Shown: positions 18,977 through 29,322, counted from the first letter of the stretch. The stretch is DNA of 64,000 bases from Candidatus Omnitrophota bacterium (GCA_026387455.1 JAPLLR010000014.1:5052-69051), one strand, 5' to 3'. Notes: a model not told the origin generated them from the sequence alone. Program-made: numbers and translations.

Positions 18977-21016
18977 CTAGTCCTCAAAGTACTCCCGCAT
19001 CTTCCCGAATAATTCCCGATCACCAGGAAGCCGCTTACCTATAATATCCTCGACATCAATATCCGAAAAATCATCCCTATCCCCGGCGCTTTCTATTTCT
19101 ACCAGCTTTCCCAGAATATTCCCCTGCTCCAGAAAACGCGACACCTGAGTAAAGACATGTCCGCCGCCATCCATAAATGAGCGCGGAGAACGGTCAAGAT
19201 GCGGCTTAAGTAAAAACAGGTTTTCTTTTGCCCGGGTGGCTGCCACATAAAATAAACGGCGCTCTTCCTCTATATCTTCCTCACTCTCCAGCGATAAATA
19301 AGAAGGTAAGTGCCCTTCTGCCACATAAATCAGAAATACCGTATGCCACTCCAGGCCTTTTGCCGAGTGTATTGTGGAAAGGGTAAGGGTGGAATCATCC
19401 TGATCTTTTCTGCCTGCCTCAACCAACCCTCTTTCCGGAGGCTCCAAAGCCATGTCTGCCAAAAAATGCTCCAGAGAGTCATAGCGAGAAGCAATACCCA
19501 ACAGCGAATTCAAATCATTGATCCTTTTATGGAAATCGTCGTATTTTTCTTTTAACAACGGCTGATAGTACTGCAAGAACTTTTCTATTAAATCCGCAGG
19601 AGCAAAATCTTCCGGGTCGCTTTCCTTAAGCAAAGAAAAAAGTTTCTTTAGCTCCTCAGTTTTCTGTAATAATTTTTCATCTTTTGTCTCACCGTCATTG
19701 CCTTTAGCGATAGCGGCAATAATGCGCTCAGCGGTCTTTGGCCCGATCCCCGGCAACAAAAGTAAAGCCCTAAGCCAACTCACCTCGTCGTTATGGTTGT
19801 AGATGATGCGCAGATACGAAAGCATGTCCTTGATGTGCGCGGCTTCCACGAATTTCTGGCCACCATATTTGACAAAAGGAATATTACGGCTGGCTAACTC
19901 CACTTCCAGATCATTTGAATGCCATCCGGAGCGGAATAATACCGCTATATCGCATAACTCTACTCCTTCTTCCCGTAATTCCAGGATCTTGTCCGCGACA
20001 AATTTCGACTGGGCGTGATCATCCTGGGCATCCACAAAAACCGGCAACACTTTCCCGCCTTTTTTGGTGAAAAGGTTCTTTTCGAACTTTTCCTGCGCCG
20101 GACGGATCAAAGCATTAGCCAAATTTAGGATGGGCTGAGTCGAGCGGTAATTTTCTTCCAAAGTGATAATCCGGGAATCTTTAAATATATTGGGAAAATC
20201 GATGATATTCTTAAAATTCGCGCCGCGGAATGAATAAATACTCTGGGCATCATCACCCACCACCATGATATTTTTATGCTCCGACGCCAAAAGACAGGCA
20301 ATATAGGCCTGAAGCTTGTTAGTATCCTGATACTCGTCGATCATGATGTATTGATATTGCCGTGATAGCCGCACGCGCACGTCCTCGTGAATAAGTAGAA
20401 GCTGCTTTAAATAAACCAACAAGTCGTCATAATCAACCAAAGATTTTAACTGCTTGTATTTGACGTATTCATCGCGAATCTTTTTAATATCATCGGTGAA
20501 TTCCATAAAATGCGGATATTCATCGTAGATAACTTCCTCCAGCCCTTGAGATTTATTGATGCTTTTGGAAATGGTCTCTAGGATTGCTTTTTTGCGGGGA
20601 AAACGCTTCTCGGACTTATGAAATCCTAGCTGGGTGCGCACTAAATTCACCGTATCCTGAGCGTCGGATTCATCAAGGATGGTAAAGCTATTGGTTAGGT
20701 TGACTAATTTAGCGTACTTACGCAAGATAAAGTTGGCAAAAGAGTGAAATGTACCTCCGGAAACCCGGCTGCAACGGTCATCTAATAAAAGTGTGGCCCG
20801 ACGCAGCATCTCATCCGCTGCCCGGCGGGTAAAGGTGAGTAAAAGGATCTGCTCCGGCTTTACCCCCTGCTCGACAAGATAGGCCACCCGGTGCACCAGG
20901 ACCCGGGTCTTTCCGCTTCCCGCACCGGCAATAACCAAGTGCGGGCCGAGAGTAGATTGCACAGCATCCAATTGAGCGGGATTCAACTCGCTCTTATAGT
21001 TAATCTTGGCTTTCAT
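18977..21016 (-). CDS. UvrD/PcrA/Rep superfamily I DNA helicase
   Basis: AGAGSGKT, DEYQD, NYRS, TIHSAKGLEW, EERRLFYVA. Confidence 0.95.
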   Translation of the reverse strand: MKAKINYKSELNPAQLDAVQSTLGPHLVIAGAGSGKTRVLVHRVAYLVEQGVKPEQILLLTFTRRAADEMLRRATLLLDDRCSRVSGGTFHSFANFILRKYAKLVNLTNSFTILDESDAQDTVNLVRTQLGFHKSEKRFPRKKAILETISKSINKSQGLEEVIYDEYPHFMEFTDDIKKIRDEYVKYKQLKSLVDYDDLLVYLKQLLLIHEDVRVRLSRQYQYIMIDEYQDTNKLQAYIACLLASEHKNIMVVGDDAQSIYSFRGANFKNIIDFPNIFKDSRIITLEENYRSTQPILNLANALIRPAQEKFEKNLFTKKGGKVLPVFVDAQDDHAQSKFVADKILELREEGVELCDIAVLFRSGWHSNDLEVELASRNIPFVKYGGQKFVEAAHIKDMLSYLRIIYNHNDEVSWLRALLLLPGIGPKTAERIIAAIAKGNDGETKDEKLLQKTEELKKLFSLLKESDPEDFAPADLIEKFLQYYQPLLKEKYDDFHKRINDLNSLLGIASRYDSLEHFLADMALEPPERGLVEAGRKDQDDSTLTLSTIHSAKGLEWHTVFLIYVAEGHLPSYLSLESEEDIEEERRLFYVAATRAKENLFLLKPHLDRSPRSFMDGGGHVFTQVSRFLEQGNILGKLVEIESAGDRDDFSDIDVEDIIGKRLPGDRELFGKMREYFED

Positions 21017-21039
21017 CTTAAAAAATCCGGAAAATCTGA

Positions 21040-21582
21040 TTAAGGCGTGGTTTTTACGTAAGCCTTGATGATCTTTTGCTCAGCTAGCGGGCGGTCTTGC
21101 GAATCAGTGGCGGTATTTTCAATCTTCTCTACGATGTCATAGCCTGTTATGACCTCGCCGAAGATAGTGTGGCGCATATTTAACCAGGGAGTTTTGGCAA
21201 CAGTAATAAAAAACTGGCTGCCGTTGGTGTTGGGGCCGGAATTAGCCATGGCCAAAAGTCCCGGCTTATCAAAAGCGACATCCGCTTTCACCTCATCGCC
21301 GAAAGGCTTGCCCCAAATAGAAGTCCCACCGCGGCCGGTGCCAGTAGGGTCTCCGCCCTGAAGCATAAAACCCTTGATCGCCCGGTGAAAGATCAACCCG
21401 TTATAATAACCTTTCTCGACGAGCTTGGTGAAATTCTCACATGCCTTGGGTGCCACAGAAGGTATTAATTTTATCTCAATCTTTCCCTGTGTCGTTTCTA
21501 AAACTACAACTGTATTTTCCATGGCAATTACCCCCCTCACAGATAAAATCATCAGCACAAAAGCGATTAAAATATTTTTCAT
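21040..21582 (-). CDS. Cyclophilin-type peptidyl-prolyl isomerase, possibly exported
   Basis: FHR, QGGDPTGTG, AMANSGPNTNGSQFFIT; hydrophobic N-terminus. Confidence 0.95.
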   Translation of the reverse strand: MKNILIAFVLMILSVRGVIAMENTVVVLETTQGKIEIKLIPSVAPKACENFTKLVEKGYYNGLIFHRAIKGFMLQGGDPTGTGRGGTSIWGKPFGDEVKADVAFDKPGLLAMANSGPNTNGSQFFITVAKTPWLNMRHTIFGEVITGYDIVEKIENTATDSQDRPLAEQKIIKAYVKTTP

Positions 21583-21597
21583 GGATATTATACCCCT

Positions 21598-24500
21598 TTA
21601 TTCTCTTTTTTGGGCTTTTTGTTTTTCTTCCACCACTTTCAGCGCAATCTCCTGCGGAACTTGCAAGTATTTTGAGAATTCCATCGAAGCATTTGCCCGA
21701 CCGCTGGAAAGGGAACGAAAAGCCGTAGCATAACCGAACATTTCAGATAGCGGGACTTCTGCCTGGATAACCTTTTGTTTTCCTTTTACTTCGATATTCA
21801 GAATTTTGCCGCGGTGGGAACAGATATACCCCACGCAACCGCTAACGTACTCTTCGAGAGTGGCTACTTCTAGCGACATATACGGCTCAAGCAGAATGGG
21901 GTTAGCCTTCATAAAGATATCTTTAAATCCAAGGATCGCCGCCATGCGAAAGGCGATTTCCGAGGAGTCCACTTCATGATATGAGCCGTCTATCAGGCTC
22001 ACCTTTACATCTACCACCGGATACCCGGCATAAACTCCTTTTTGCATGGCCTCGATCACGCCCTTTTCCACCGCCGGGATAAATGAACGCGGTATCGCCC
22101 CGCCCTTTATACTATCGATAAATTCAAACCCCTTACCAGCCTCATTAGGTGAAAGTTCCATCACCACATGGCCGTATTGTCCGCGGCCGCCGGACTGCTT
22201 GATATACTTACTTTCTCCCTCAGCAGTTTGCAATATGGTCTCGCGGTATGCCACCTTGGGTTGCCCTACAATCGCCTCTACCCCGAATTCCTCTTTTAAT
22301 CTATCCACAATGATTTCCAGGTGCAGCTCGCCCATGCCGGTAAGAATGACCTCTTTAGTTTCTTCGTCAGTCTGCACAAAGAATGTAGGATCCTCTTCAG
22401 TCAGCTTATTTAAACCCTTGCCTAATTTTTCCTGGTCCCCTCGGGACTTAGGCGCGATACTCAAAGAAACAACCGGCGTGGGGAATTGAATAGCTTCCAA
22501 CAACACCGGTTTAAGCGGATCGCAAAGCGTATCTCCGGTCACCGTGTCCCCGAATCCCGGTATAGCTACGATATCTCCGGCAAAAGCATGGTCGATATTT
22601 TCTCTCAAGTTAGCGTGCATCTGCACGATCCTGCCCACGCGCTCTCTTTTATTCTTGGTAGAATTCAAAATATAAGAACCCGTTGAGACGCATCCGGAAT
22701 AAACCCGCACGTATACCAGCTTACCCATGTGAGGATCTGCCTGCACTTTAAAGGCGAGCCCTGAGAAAGGCTCGAAGACGTTTGCCTGGCGGGGGATCAC
22801 CTGATCCGCATGGTCCGGGTCATGCCCCTCTACCGGAGGAAGATCCAGTGGCGATGGCAGAAACATGTTCACCGCATCCAGCAATTTCTGCACACCTTTA
22901 TTCTTAAACGCCGCTCCGCACAATACCGGCACCGCCTTGTTGGCGATCGTGCCCCGCCGAATCGCGCCTATCAGCTCTTCGGGAGTGACCGGCGCCTGTT
23001 CCAGATACTTCTTCATCAGCATATCGTCAAAAGCTACGGCTTTTTCTACCAGTATCCTGCGGTGATGCTGGGCCTGCTCAAAATATTCCGCGGGGATCTC
23101 TTCAATACGGAAATCTTTTCCCTGCGTCTCTTCGTCATAAATATAAGCTTTCATCTCAATGAGGTCGATCACCCCTTGAAAATTATCTTCCGCGCCTATC
23201 GGGATTTCTATAGGCAAAACATTTCCGCCCAGATCACTTTCAATCCCTTTTAAAACCGCGAAGAAATCAGCGCCCGTGCGATCCATCTTATTCACGAAGG
23301 CCAGTTTCGGCACCCCGTATTTATCCGACTGATGCCAGACTGTCTCTGACTGCGGTTCCACTCCTCCTACCGCGCAAAAAACCGCGACTGCTCCGTCTAA
23401 GACTCTCAGCGACCGCTCTACCTCAGCGGTAAAATCCACGTGCCCAGGAGTATCGATGATATTGATGCGGTGATCTTTCCAGAAACATGTAGTGGCTGCG
23501 GCAGTAATAGTGATGCCGCGCTCCCTCTCCTGCTTCATCCAGTCCATCTGCGCACCGCCGTCATGCACCTCGCCGATCTTATGGGATTTTCCGGTGTAGA
23601 AAAGTATGCGTTCGCTTAACGTGGTCTTTCCGGCATCAATATGAGCCATGATCCCGATATTGCGGGTCTTAGCCAGATCGTAACGCGGAACAGGCCTGGA
23701 CTCTTCTTTTTTTTCTGCCACCGGCTCTGCGATAACTATTTCCTGCGGAACTAGTTCTTCTGGTGCAGGCGCTGCTTCTTCCGGTGTGATCGGCTCTGGT
23801 AACTGCTCTTCTGTTACAAAAGGCTCTGCCGCAGGCAATTCTTGCTCTAGAGACGGCTCTATTGTCTCAGACGGGGCAGGCGCTGCTTCTAGAGGTACGA
23901 GTTCTTGCGGTACAGGCTCTTGCACAGGCGCTTCTATGGCGTGACTAGGCTTTTGGGTGAGCTGATTATTAAGGTGTAAGATTTCATCAGTCAGCGTCTT
24001 AATCCTTGAATCCTTTTCATCCAGATCTTTTTCCAATTCGGTGAATTCTTCATTAAGCTGGTTGAACTCAAGCTTAGGCACCCATTCGCTTTCCTTTTCT
24101 TTCTTTTTATACTGAGCGATGGCTGACTGATGTTCGCTTATGTCTTTTATGTGACGCTCTATCTGATGTTTTTTTATCTCAATATCTTCAGACTGGCTCT
24201 TGATCTGGGAATCCAATGTCCCAATCTTTTCATTTAATTCCCTCAAGCCCTTATTAAAGTCCACTCCTTTAGTAAACTCTTCCTGCAGCTCCTTTTCCTT
24301 TTCCGCATACTTCCGGCGCAGGACAAGATTCTCATCTTTTACCTTATTAAGCATCTCCTCGGAGGTCTTAACCCAGTCATCCCTGCGCTTTAATTCCTCT
24401 TCCAGCTGCCCGGCCTTAGCCTTGATAGGCTCCAACTCCCGCTGGCCGGCCTCATGCTTTGCCTGCAGGATCTGCAGTTCATTCTCGAGAGAGTTAACAC

Positions 24501-24681
24501 GCTCCTGAAGTTTTTGGATTCTTTGCTCCTGAAAAGATGTGGTAATTTCTCTGGGGGGAAGTGCTGATTTGCGGCTGGGGCGGGCGTTATGACGGGACGC
24601 TGATGATGAAAAAGCGCCATACACGCCATAAGCTATCAAGCCGCCTCCGGCCAAACCCATGATCCAAAAAAATAATTCCAT
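21598..24681 (-). CDS. fusA: Elongation factor G fused to N-terminal TM helix, coiled coil and Pro/Glu linker
   Basis: From ~aa 330: [44 protein letters not shown]; no stop in the N-terminal extension. Confidence 0.88.
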   Translation of the reverse strand: MELFFWIMGLAGGGLIAYGVYGAFSSSASRHNARPSRKSALPPREITTSFQEQRIQKLQERVNSLENELQILQAKHEAGQRELEPIKAKAGQLEEELKRRDDWVKTSEEMLNKVKDENLVLRRKYAEKEKELQEEFTKGVDFNKGLRELNEKIGTLDSQIKSQSEDIEIKKHQIERHIKDISEHQSAIAQYKKKEKESEWVPKLEFNQLNEEFTELEKDLDEKDSRIKTLTDEILHLNNQLTQKPSHAIEAPVQEPVPQELVPLEAAPAPSETIEPSLEQELPAAEPFVTEEQLPEPITPEEAAPAPEELVPQEIVIAEPVAEKKEESRPVPRYDLAKTRNIGIMAHIDAGKTTLSERILFYTGKSHKIGEVHDGGAQMDWMKQERERGITITAAATTCFWKDHRINIIDTPGHVDFTAEVERSLRVLDGAVAVFCAVGGVEPQSETVWHQSDKYGVPKLAFVNKMDRTGADFFAVLKGIESDLGGNVLPIEIPIGAEDNFQGVIDLIEMKAYIYDEETQGKDFRIEEIPAEYFEQAQHHRRILVEKAVAFDDMLMKKYLEQAPVTPEELIGAIRRGTIANKAVPVLCGAAFKNKGVQKLLDAVNMFLPSPLDLPPVEGHDPDHADQVIPRQANVFEPFSGLAFKVQADPHMGKLVYVRVYSGCVSTGSYILNSTKNKRERVGRIVQMHANLRENIDHAFAGDIVAIPGFGDTVTGDTLCDPLKPVLLEAIQFPTPVVSLSIAPKSRGDQEKLGKGLNKLTEEDPTFFVQTDEETKEVILTGMGELHLEIIVDRLKEEFGVEAIVGQPKVAYRETILQTAEGESKYIKQSGGRGQYGHVVMELSPNEAGKGFEFIDSIKGGAIPRSFIPAVEKGVIEAMQKGVYAGYPVVDVKVSLIDGSYHEVDSSEIAFRMAAILGFKDIFMKANPILLEPYMSLEVATLEEYVSGCVGYICSHRGKILNIEVKGKQKVIQAEVPLSEMFGYATAFRSLSSGRANASMEFSKYLQVPQEIALKVVEEKQKAQKRE

Positions 24682-24689
24682 AAATTAGT

Positions 24690-25082
24690 TTAGTAAGGAA
24701 TAAAATCTACATGCGCTGTATTTGTTCTGCTACGGGTATCCTCTGACATTTTTGCATGGAGGCGCTTAATCAGATAAGTAACCGCATCTTTATTGGTATC
24801 GACAAATTCTACTCCCATGCGGTAAAATGGCGAGCGCTCTGAAACTGGCTCAGCCACATAACGAACCTTGCCTTTGCCACTTATGGGCCGATCAAGCTGC
24901 TGGGCAGTAAGCTCAAAATCCACCAGGCTTTCCGGCATAAACTTCTGGGTGGAATACATCCCAAACCCAACATAACTTATGTTTTCCAAGAAAGCCCTAC
25001 TCTCAAGAGGCTGACCGTTTTCGCTTTTGATCTGCACGTTTCCGTCAAGCCTTAAGCGGTCGAAATGGCGTTTTTCCGGCAT
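24690..25082 (-). CDS. PilZ domain protein
   Basis: RxxxR (RHFDR) and NxSxxG (NISYVG) c-di-GMP motifs, GVEF. Confidence 0.85.
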   Translation of the reverse strand: MPEKRHFDRLRLDGNVQIKSENGQPLESRAFLENISYVGFGMYSTQKFMPESLVDFELTAQQLDRPISGKGKVRYVAEPVSERSPFYRMGVEFVDTNKDAVTYLIKRLHAKMSEDTRSRTNTAHVDFIPY

Positions 25083-25092
25083 GTGTCCTCCT

Positions 25093-25137
25093 CCCGCAGA
25101 AAGCGGGACACCGGCCTTTCCTATAAGGCCGGGTGTA
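25093..25137. repeat. 45-nt double-hairpin element (copy upstream of pilZ)
   Basis: CCCGC-AGAAA-GCGGG + ACACCGGCCT-TTCCTATA-AGGCCGGGTGT; homologous to 38226-38270. Confidence 0.75.
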
Positions 25138-25141
25138 CTAA

Positions 25142-25597
25142 TTATTTCGCCGCCAACATGGCGTCGATAATATTTTGCGAAACGCCTTGCTGTTTTAAAT
25201 AATCAATATCCGCCGGCGTAAGGTTGAATTTGGAATTTGTCAGACTGATCTTGTCGATGATTACTACCTCGTTTACCCCCTGCTTGGTCATATCCACGAT
25301 CTGCTGCAAAGAAAGTTGGTTTGCACTGGATGCGGCTTGGCCCGCAGAATCCTGTCCGGATTTATTTTTATTCATCTGCCCACCGATTAATGCACCACCT
25401 AGTGCGCCTGCCACCGCGCCTATTGCCGCTCCCTCTGCGCCGTGATGACCGGTAGCCGTGCCAATGCCATAGCCCGCGCCTGCGCCCAATATCCCACCAA
25501 TCACTCCTCCTTCAACCGCGCGAGTCTGGGTATTCTGGCAGCCTGTAGTCAGTAACAGCAACACCGAGCATATGACAATTGAAGTTAGTCTCTTCAT
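25142..25597 (-). CDS. Glycine-zipper lipoprotein
   Basis: Lipobox LTTGC, GxxxG arrays, C-terminal LK.QGVS..II.AM motif. Confidence 0.85.
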   Translation of the reverse strand: MKRLTSIVICSVLLLLTTGCQNTQTRAVEGGVIGGILGAGAGYGIGTATGHHGAEGAAIGAVAGALGGALIGGQMNKNKSGQDSAGQAASSANQLSLQQIVDMTKQGVNEVVIIDKISLTNSKFNLTPADIDYLKQQGVSQNIIDAMLAAK

Positions 25598-26910
25598 TTC
25601 TGCTCTCCTTTTTTCAAACTCTCGAGCCTCTGTTTAATCTTCGCCTCATGCCCCATCTCCGTCGGCTCGTAATATTTCACTTTGCTGCGCGTATATTTCT
25701 GATCCACGTAGTGGCCGGCGAAATCATGCGCATATTTGTACCCTTTACCATGCCCCAATGCATCACCATCAGCAGTAGTGTCCTTAAGATGGTCCGGCAC
25801 TTCTTGCACCTTCTTATTTTCGATATCCGAGAGGGCTTTGTCAATGGCTAAATAACTAGCGTTTGACTTAGGCGCGCAGGAAACGTAAATGCAGGCCTGG
25901 GCCAAAGGTATGCGCGCCTCCGGCATTCCTACAAACTCCGAGACCTGCAAAGCGGCGTTAGCCAATACTAAAGCCAGAGGATCTGCATTTCCCACATCCT
26001 CGGCAGCCAGGATGCAGATTCTTCGGGCGATAAAACGGGGATCTTCCCCGGCATAAAGCATCTTGGCCATCCAATAGACTGCGGCATCGGGATCAGATCC
26101 GCGCATGGACTTGATAAAAGCCGAAGCAGTATCATAATGCTGATCTTCATCATGGTCATAAACCACAGCTTTCTTCTGTATAGATTCCTCAGCCACCTCC
26201 AAACTAAAATCAACTGCACCGTCTTTAGACTTTGGTGTGGTCAAAACCCCAACCTCTAAAGCACTCAACGCCCGTCGGGCGTCCCCCTCGCAGACTTTAC
26301 TTAAGAAATTCAAAGCCTTTTTATCGATCTTAATTTTTAGGTTTCCCAGTCCGCGCTCTTTATTTTTTATTGCGGAGTTGAGAATCTGGGCGATCTCGTC
26401 TTCCTTAAGGGCTTTTAATTCACAGACCACCGAACGCGAGACTAACGGCGCGATAATGGAGAAATAAGGATTATGCACGGTTGCCCCGATCAAAATCGGG
26501 TTACCTTCCTCAATATCCGGCAAGAGCACATCCTGCTGCGCCTTGTTAAAACGATGGATTTCGTCGATAAAGAGTATGGTCTTGATTCCTGTAGAGCGCA
26601 AGCGCTGCTTGGCGGTATTTATCGCCCGGCGAAGCTCTTCGACATTAGAGGTGGTAGCGTTTATAGCAATATAGTGGGATTTTGTAACGGAAGCGATACA
26701 CCAGGCAAGAGAGGTCTTGCCGCAACCCGGAGGGCCGAAAAGGATAAGCGAGCTCAAGCGATCTGCTTCTATCGCCCGGCGCAGCAGTTTTCCAATTCCC
26801 AAGATATGTTCCTGGCCGACGAATTCATCCAATACCTGTGGCCGCATGCGTACAGACAATGGCACGTCAATGGACGCGGCCTTCTTTTCCTCAAATAGTT
26901 CTATGGGCAT
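25594..26910 (-). CDS. rarA: Replication-associated recombination protein A (AAA+)
   Basis: RMRP, GPPGCGKT, DEIHRF, SAFIKSMRGSDPD. Confidence 0.95.
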   Translation of the reverse strand: MPIELFEEKKAASIDVPLSVRMRPQVLDEFVGQEHILGIGKLLRRAIEADRLSSLILFGPPGCGKTSLAWCIASVTKSHYIAINATTSNVEELRRAINTAKQRLRSTGIKTILFIDEIHRFNKAQQDVLLPDIEEGNPILIGATVHNPYFSIIAPLVSRSVVCELKALKEDEIAQILNSAIKNKERGLGNLKIKIDKKALNFLSKVCEGDARRALSALEVGVLTTPKSKDGAVDFSLEVAEESIQKKAVVYDHDEDQHYDTASAFIKSMRGSDPDAAVYWMAKMLYAGEDPRFIARRICILAAEDVGNADPLALVLANAALQVSEFVGMPEARIPLAQACIYVSCAPKSNASYLAIDKALSDIENKKVQEVPDHLKDTTADGDALGHGKGYKYAHDFAGHYVDQKYTRSKVKYYEPTEMGHEAKIKQRLESLKKGEQK

Positions 26911-27063
26911 AGAATGAAAGCGGTTTCTTTTGTCTGTTTAAAATAACCCCCTTAACCGGGGGACGATTACCCCTTGCCTAAACGCTTGTGCTTTTCTGTG
27001 GGGTACCTCATAAAAGCACAAGCAGGCTGCGGGGTATTTTGCCTGTATGAAAATGCTAGCAAA

Positions 27064-27226
27064 ATAAATCCCCGCATTGTGCCGTCGGAAGGATAGTCTG
27101 AACCAAATCTGGTTTCAGGTGGGTGCCTCTCTTGGACGCCAAGGCGTATCAAGAAGTTTTGGCTCCCGTGATAAAGGTGTTGGTTCAACAATTATCGAAT
27201 TTCCAACGAGCACCGCAGGGATTTAT
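27064..27226 (-). ncRNA. ssrS: 6S RNA
   Basis: Closing stem ATAAATCCCTGCGGTG / CACAATGCGGGGATTTAT, TGAACC/GGTTCA, GGGAGCC and GGCACCCACC elements; directly downstream of pheT. Confidence 0.85.
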
Positions 27227-27244
27227 AATTTTATCTGCGTTATA

Positions 27245-27273
27245 AGTATAACACATGTAAGGGGATAAATCAA
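27245..27273 (-). promoter_or_regulatory. Promoter of 6S RNA
   Basis: TTGATT-17 nt-TATACT with extended -10 TG. Confidence 0.65.
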
Positions 27274-27296
27274 CCCGGTGGAATCCAACCTGCCCC

Positions 27297-29321
27297 CTAG
27301 CGTATCTTGGCCCCAAAGCTCTCTGTCAACATCCGAACCACTTCGCTATGTACCGGATTGACTTCTGCCTCCGTCAATGTGCGCTCATCCGAGCGATAAA
27401 TGCAGCTTATCGTAAGGCTACGCAACCCCGCGGATATCTGCTTACCTTTATAGTAATCCGCGATCCTAACCTCTATTAATAGCGGAGTTCCTTTTTCGTA
27501 AAGGCGGGACAAAACGCTTTTTATTGCCAAGTCCTCTTTTAAAACCAAGCTGATGTCGCGGGTTATCCCCGGATACCTAGGAGGTGAAACAAACTTCTTA
27601 TTTAAATCCGCAGCCGCGAACACTTTCTCTAAAGATACCTCGGCGCAAAACAAATCTTTGTTCTTGATGTCAACTCTTGCCAATGCACTTTTTTCAAGGT
27701 TAATCAAGCTTCCTGCTTTCTGGCCCCCAACCGTAACTTCTATTACTCCGGAGCCAGAGGGATTAAAATCATATTCCTTTATCCCAAGTTTTAAAAATAA
27801 CCTTTCCAAAACGCCTTTGATCTCCAAGAGCGACGCATTTTCTTTTGCCAATCCCTGTTCAAGGAAAAACGATTTTTCCCCGCATATAACAATGCCTAAA
27901 GTCAGCTCTTCTTCCGGGAAATTTTCCCCCCTGGAAAACACATTGGCTATTTCATAAAGAAAGACAAACTCCTGCTTTTGATTCAGGTTATATGAAACAC
28001 AGCGCGCCAAACTCGGGATAAGCGTGGTGCGCAACACCTCCTGCTCTTTGCTTAAGGGATTCATGATGGCTACCGGCTGCGCATCTTGGAGACCAAACCC
28101 CTTTGACAGGTCCTGATCCACCAGGCTGTAGGTAATCGCTTCACTTAAACCCAGCCCAGTGAGGACTTTCTTTGTAAGAGCGACTAAATCCCTTGAGCCA
28201 CGGATACTTACCTGAGGTTTTATCGATGGCAAAGTCTGCGGGATATTCTCAAATCCGTAAATCCTGGAGATCTCTTCGATCAAGTCTTCAGGAAGCTCCA
28301 CATCTTCCCTAAACAATGGCACAGTCACCATCATTTTATTTTTCCCTACAGACCTCACTCTAAAACCCAAGTGGCCAAGGATATTCTTTAATTTCTGCTC
28401 GGCAATCTTAACATTTAAAATCTTTTCCACTAGCCCCAGATCTAAACTTATGCTTTTAGTTTTGGGCAAGGCTTTCCCTGAGCTTTTAGCCAAAACGCAT
28501 TTTCCCGAGGACAATTCTTCGATCAAACCGGATGCCTGGCATGCAGAAAATTCCGCAGTCTCAAAATCCACTCCTCGCTCAAAGCGATATGAAGAATCAG
28601 TAGATAACCCTAATTTCTGCCTTCCCCGCCGCACCACCGAGCCGTTAAATACCGCTGCTTCCAATAAAATATTTTTGGTATGCTCAGTGACTTCGGTGTC
28701 TTTTCCCCCCATCACCCCGGCCACTGCCACAGGCTTAACAGGATCCGCAATGATCAAGATATCTGCATCAAGCTTACGCTCTACCTGGTCAATAGTGACT
28801 AATTTCTCACTGTTCTTTGCCCGGCGGACAATGATCTCTGCGCCACTTAGCTTATCCAGATCAAAAGCATGCAACGGCTCTCCCCAGGTAAACAGGCAAT
28901 AATTAGTGATGTCCACTACGTTATTGATGCTGCGGCAACCGATAAGCTCAAGTCGCTCTTTTAGCCATTTTGGCGATGGACCGACTTTTACCTCACGAAT
29001 GATCTTCGCGCTATAAAGCGGGCAATCGGATTTATCTTCGACTTTGATTGCAAACTTACCAACCGCCTTGGCGCACCGGCACTTTGACGATTTAGCCGAT
29101 TTTAATTTTACTCCGGTGATCGCCGCTACTTCTCTGGCGATACCGATGACGCTTAGCCAGTCCGGCCGGTTGGAAGTAATCTCCGCCTCAAAGACAAAAT
29201 CACCACCCTTACCTTCCACACCGCTGACCTCTAATCCAGCCATGGTAAGCTTTTCAGCCAACGCCTCAGGTGCAATCTTAATGTCTACGAAATCTTTTAA
29301 CCAGTTGTAAGTAAATTTCAT
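27297..29321 (-). CDS. pheT: Phenylalanine--tRNA ligase beta subunit (short form)
   Basis: ITSNRPD, B3/4, B5 (DLIEEISRIYG), FDX-ACB tail; follows pheS. Confidence 0.95.
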   Translation of the reverse strand: MKFTYNWLKDFVDIKIAPEALAEKLTMAGLEVSGVEGKGGDFVFEAEITSNRPDWLSVIGIAREVAAITGVKLKSAKSSKCRCAKAVGKFAIKVEDKSDCPLYSAKIIREVKVGPSPKWLKERLELIGCRSINNVVDITNYCLFTWGEPLHAFDLDKLSGAEIIVRRAKNSEKLVTIDQVERKLDADILIIADPVKPVAVAGVMGGKDTEVTEHTKNILLEAAVFNGSVVRRGRQKLGLSTDSSYRFERGVDFETAEFSACQASGLIEELSSGKCVLAKSSGKALPKTKSISLDLGLVEKILNVKIAEQKLKNILGHLGFRVRSVGKNKMMVTVPLFREDVELPEDLIEEISRIYGFENIPQTLPSIKPQVSIRGSRDLVALTKKVLTGLGLSEAITYSLVDQDLSKGFGLQDAQPVAIMNPLSKEQEVLRTTLIPSLARCVSYNLNQKQEFVFLYEIANVFSRGENFPEEELTLGIVICGEKSFFLEQGLAKENASLLEIKGVLERLFLKLGIKEYDFNPSGSGVIEVTVGGQKAGSLINLEKSALARVDIKNKDLFCAEVSLEKVFAAADLNKKFVSPPRYPGITRDISLVLKEDLAIKSVLSRLYEKGTPLLIEVRIADYYKGKQISAGLRSLTISCIYRSDERTLTEAEVNPVHSEVVRMLTESFGAKIR

Positions 29322-29322
29322 T

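Noticed and set aside
26967-27268. ORFs 26967..27191 and 27077..27268
   Set aside because: They overlap the 6S RNA and a hairpin repeat; no coding signal
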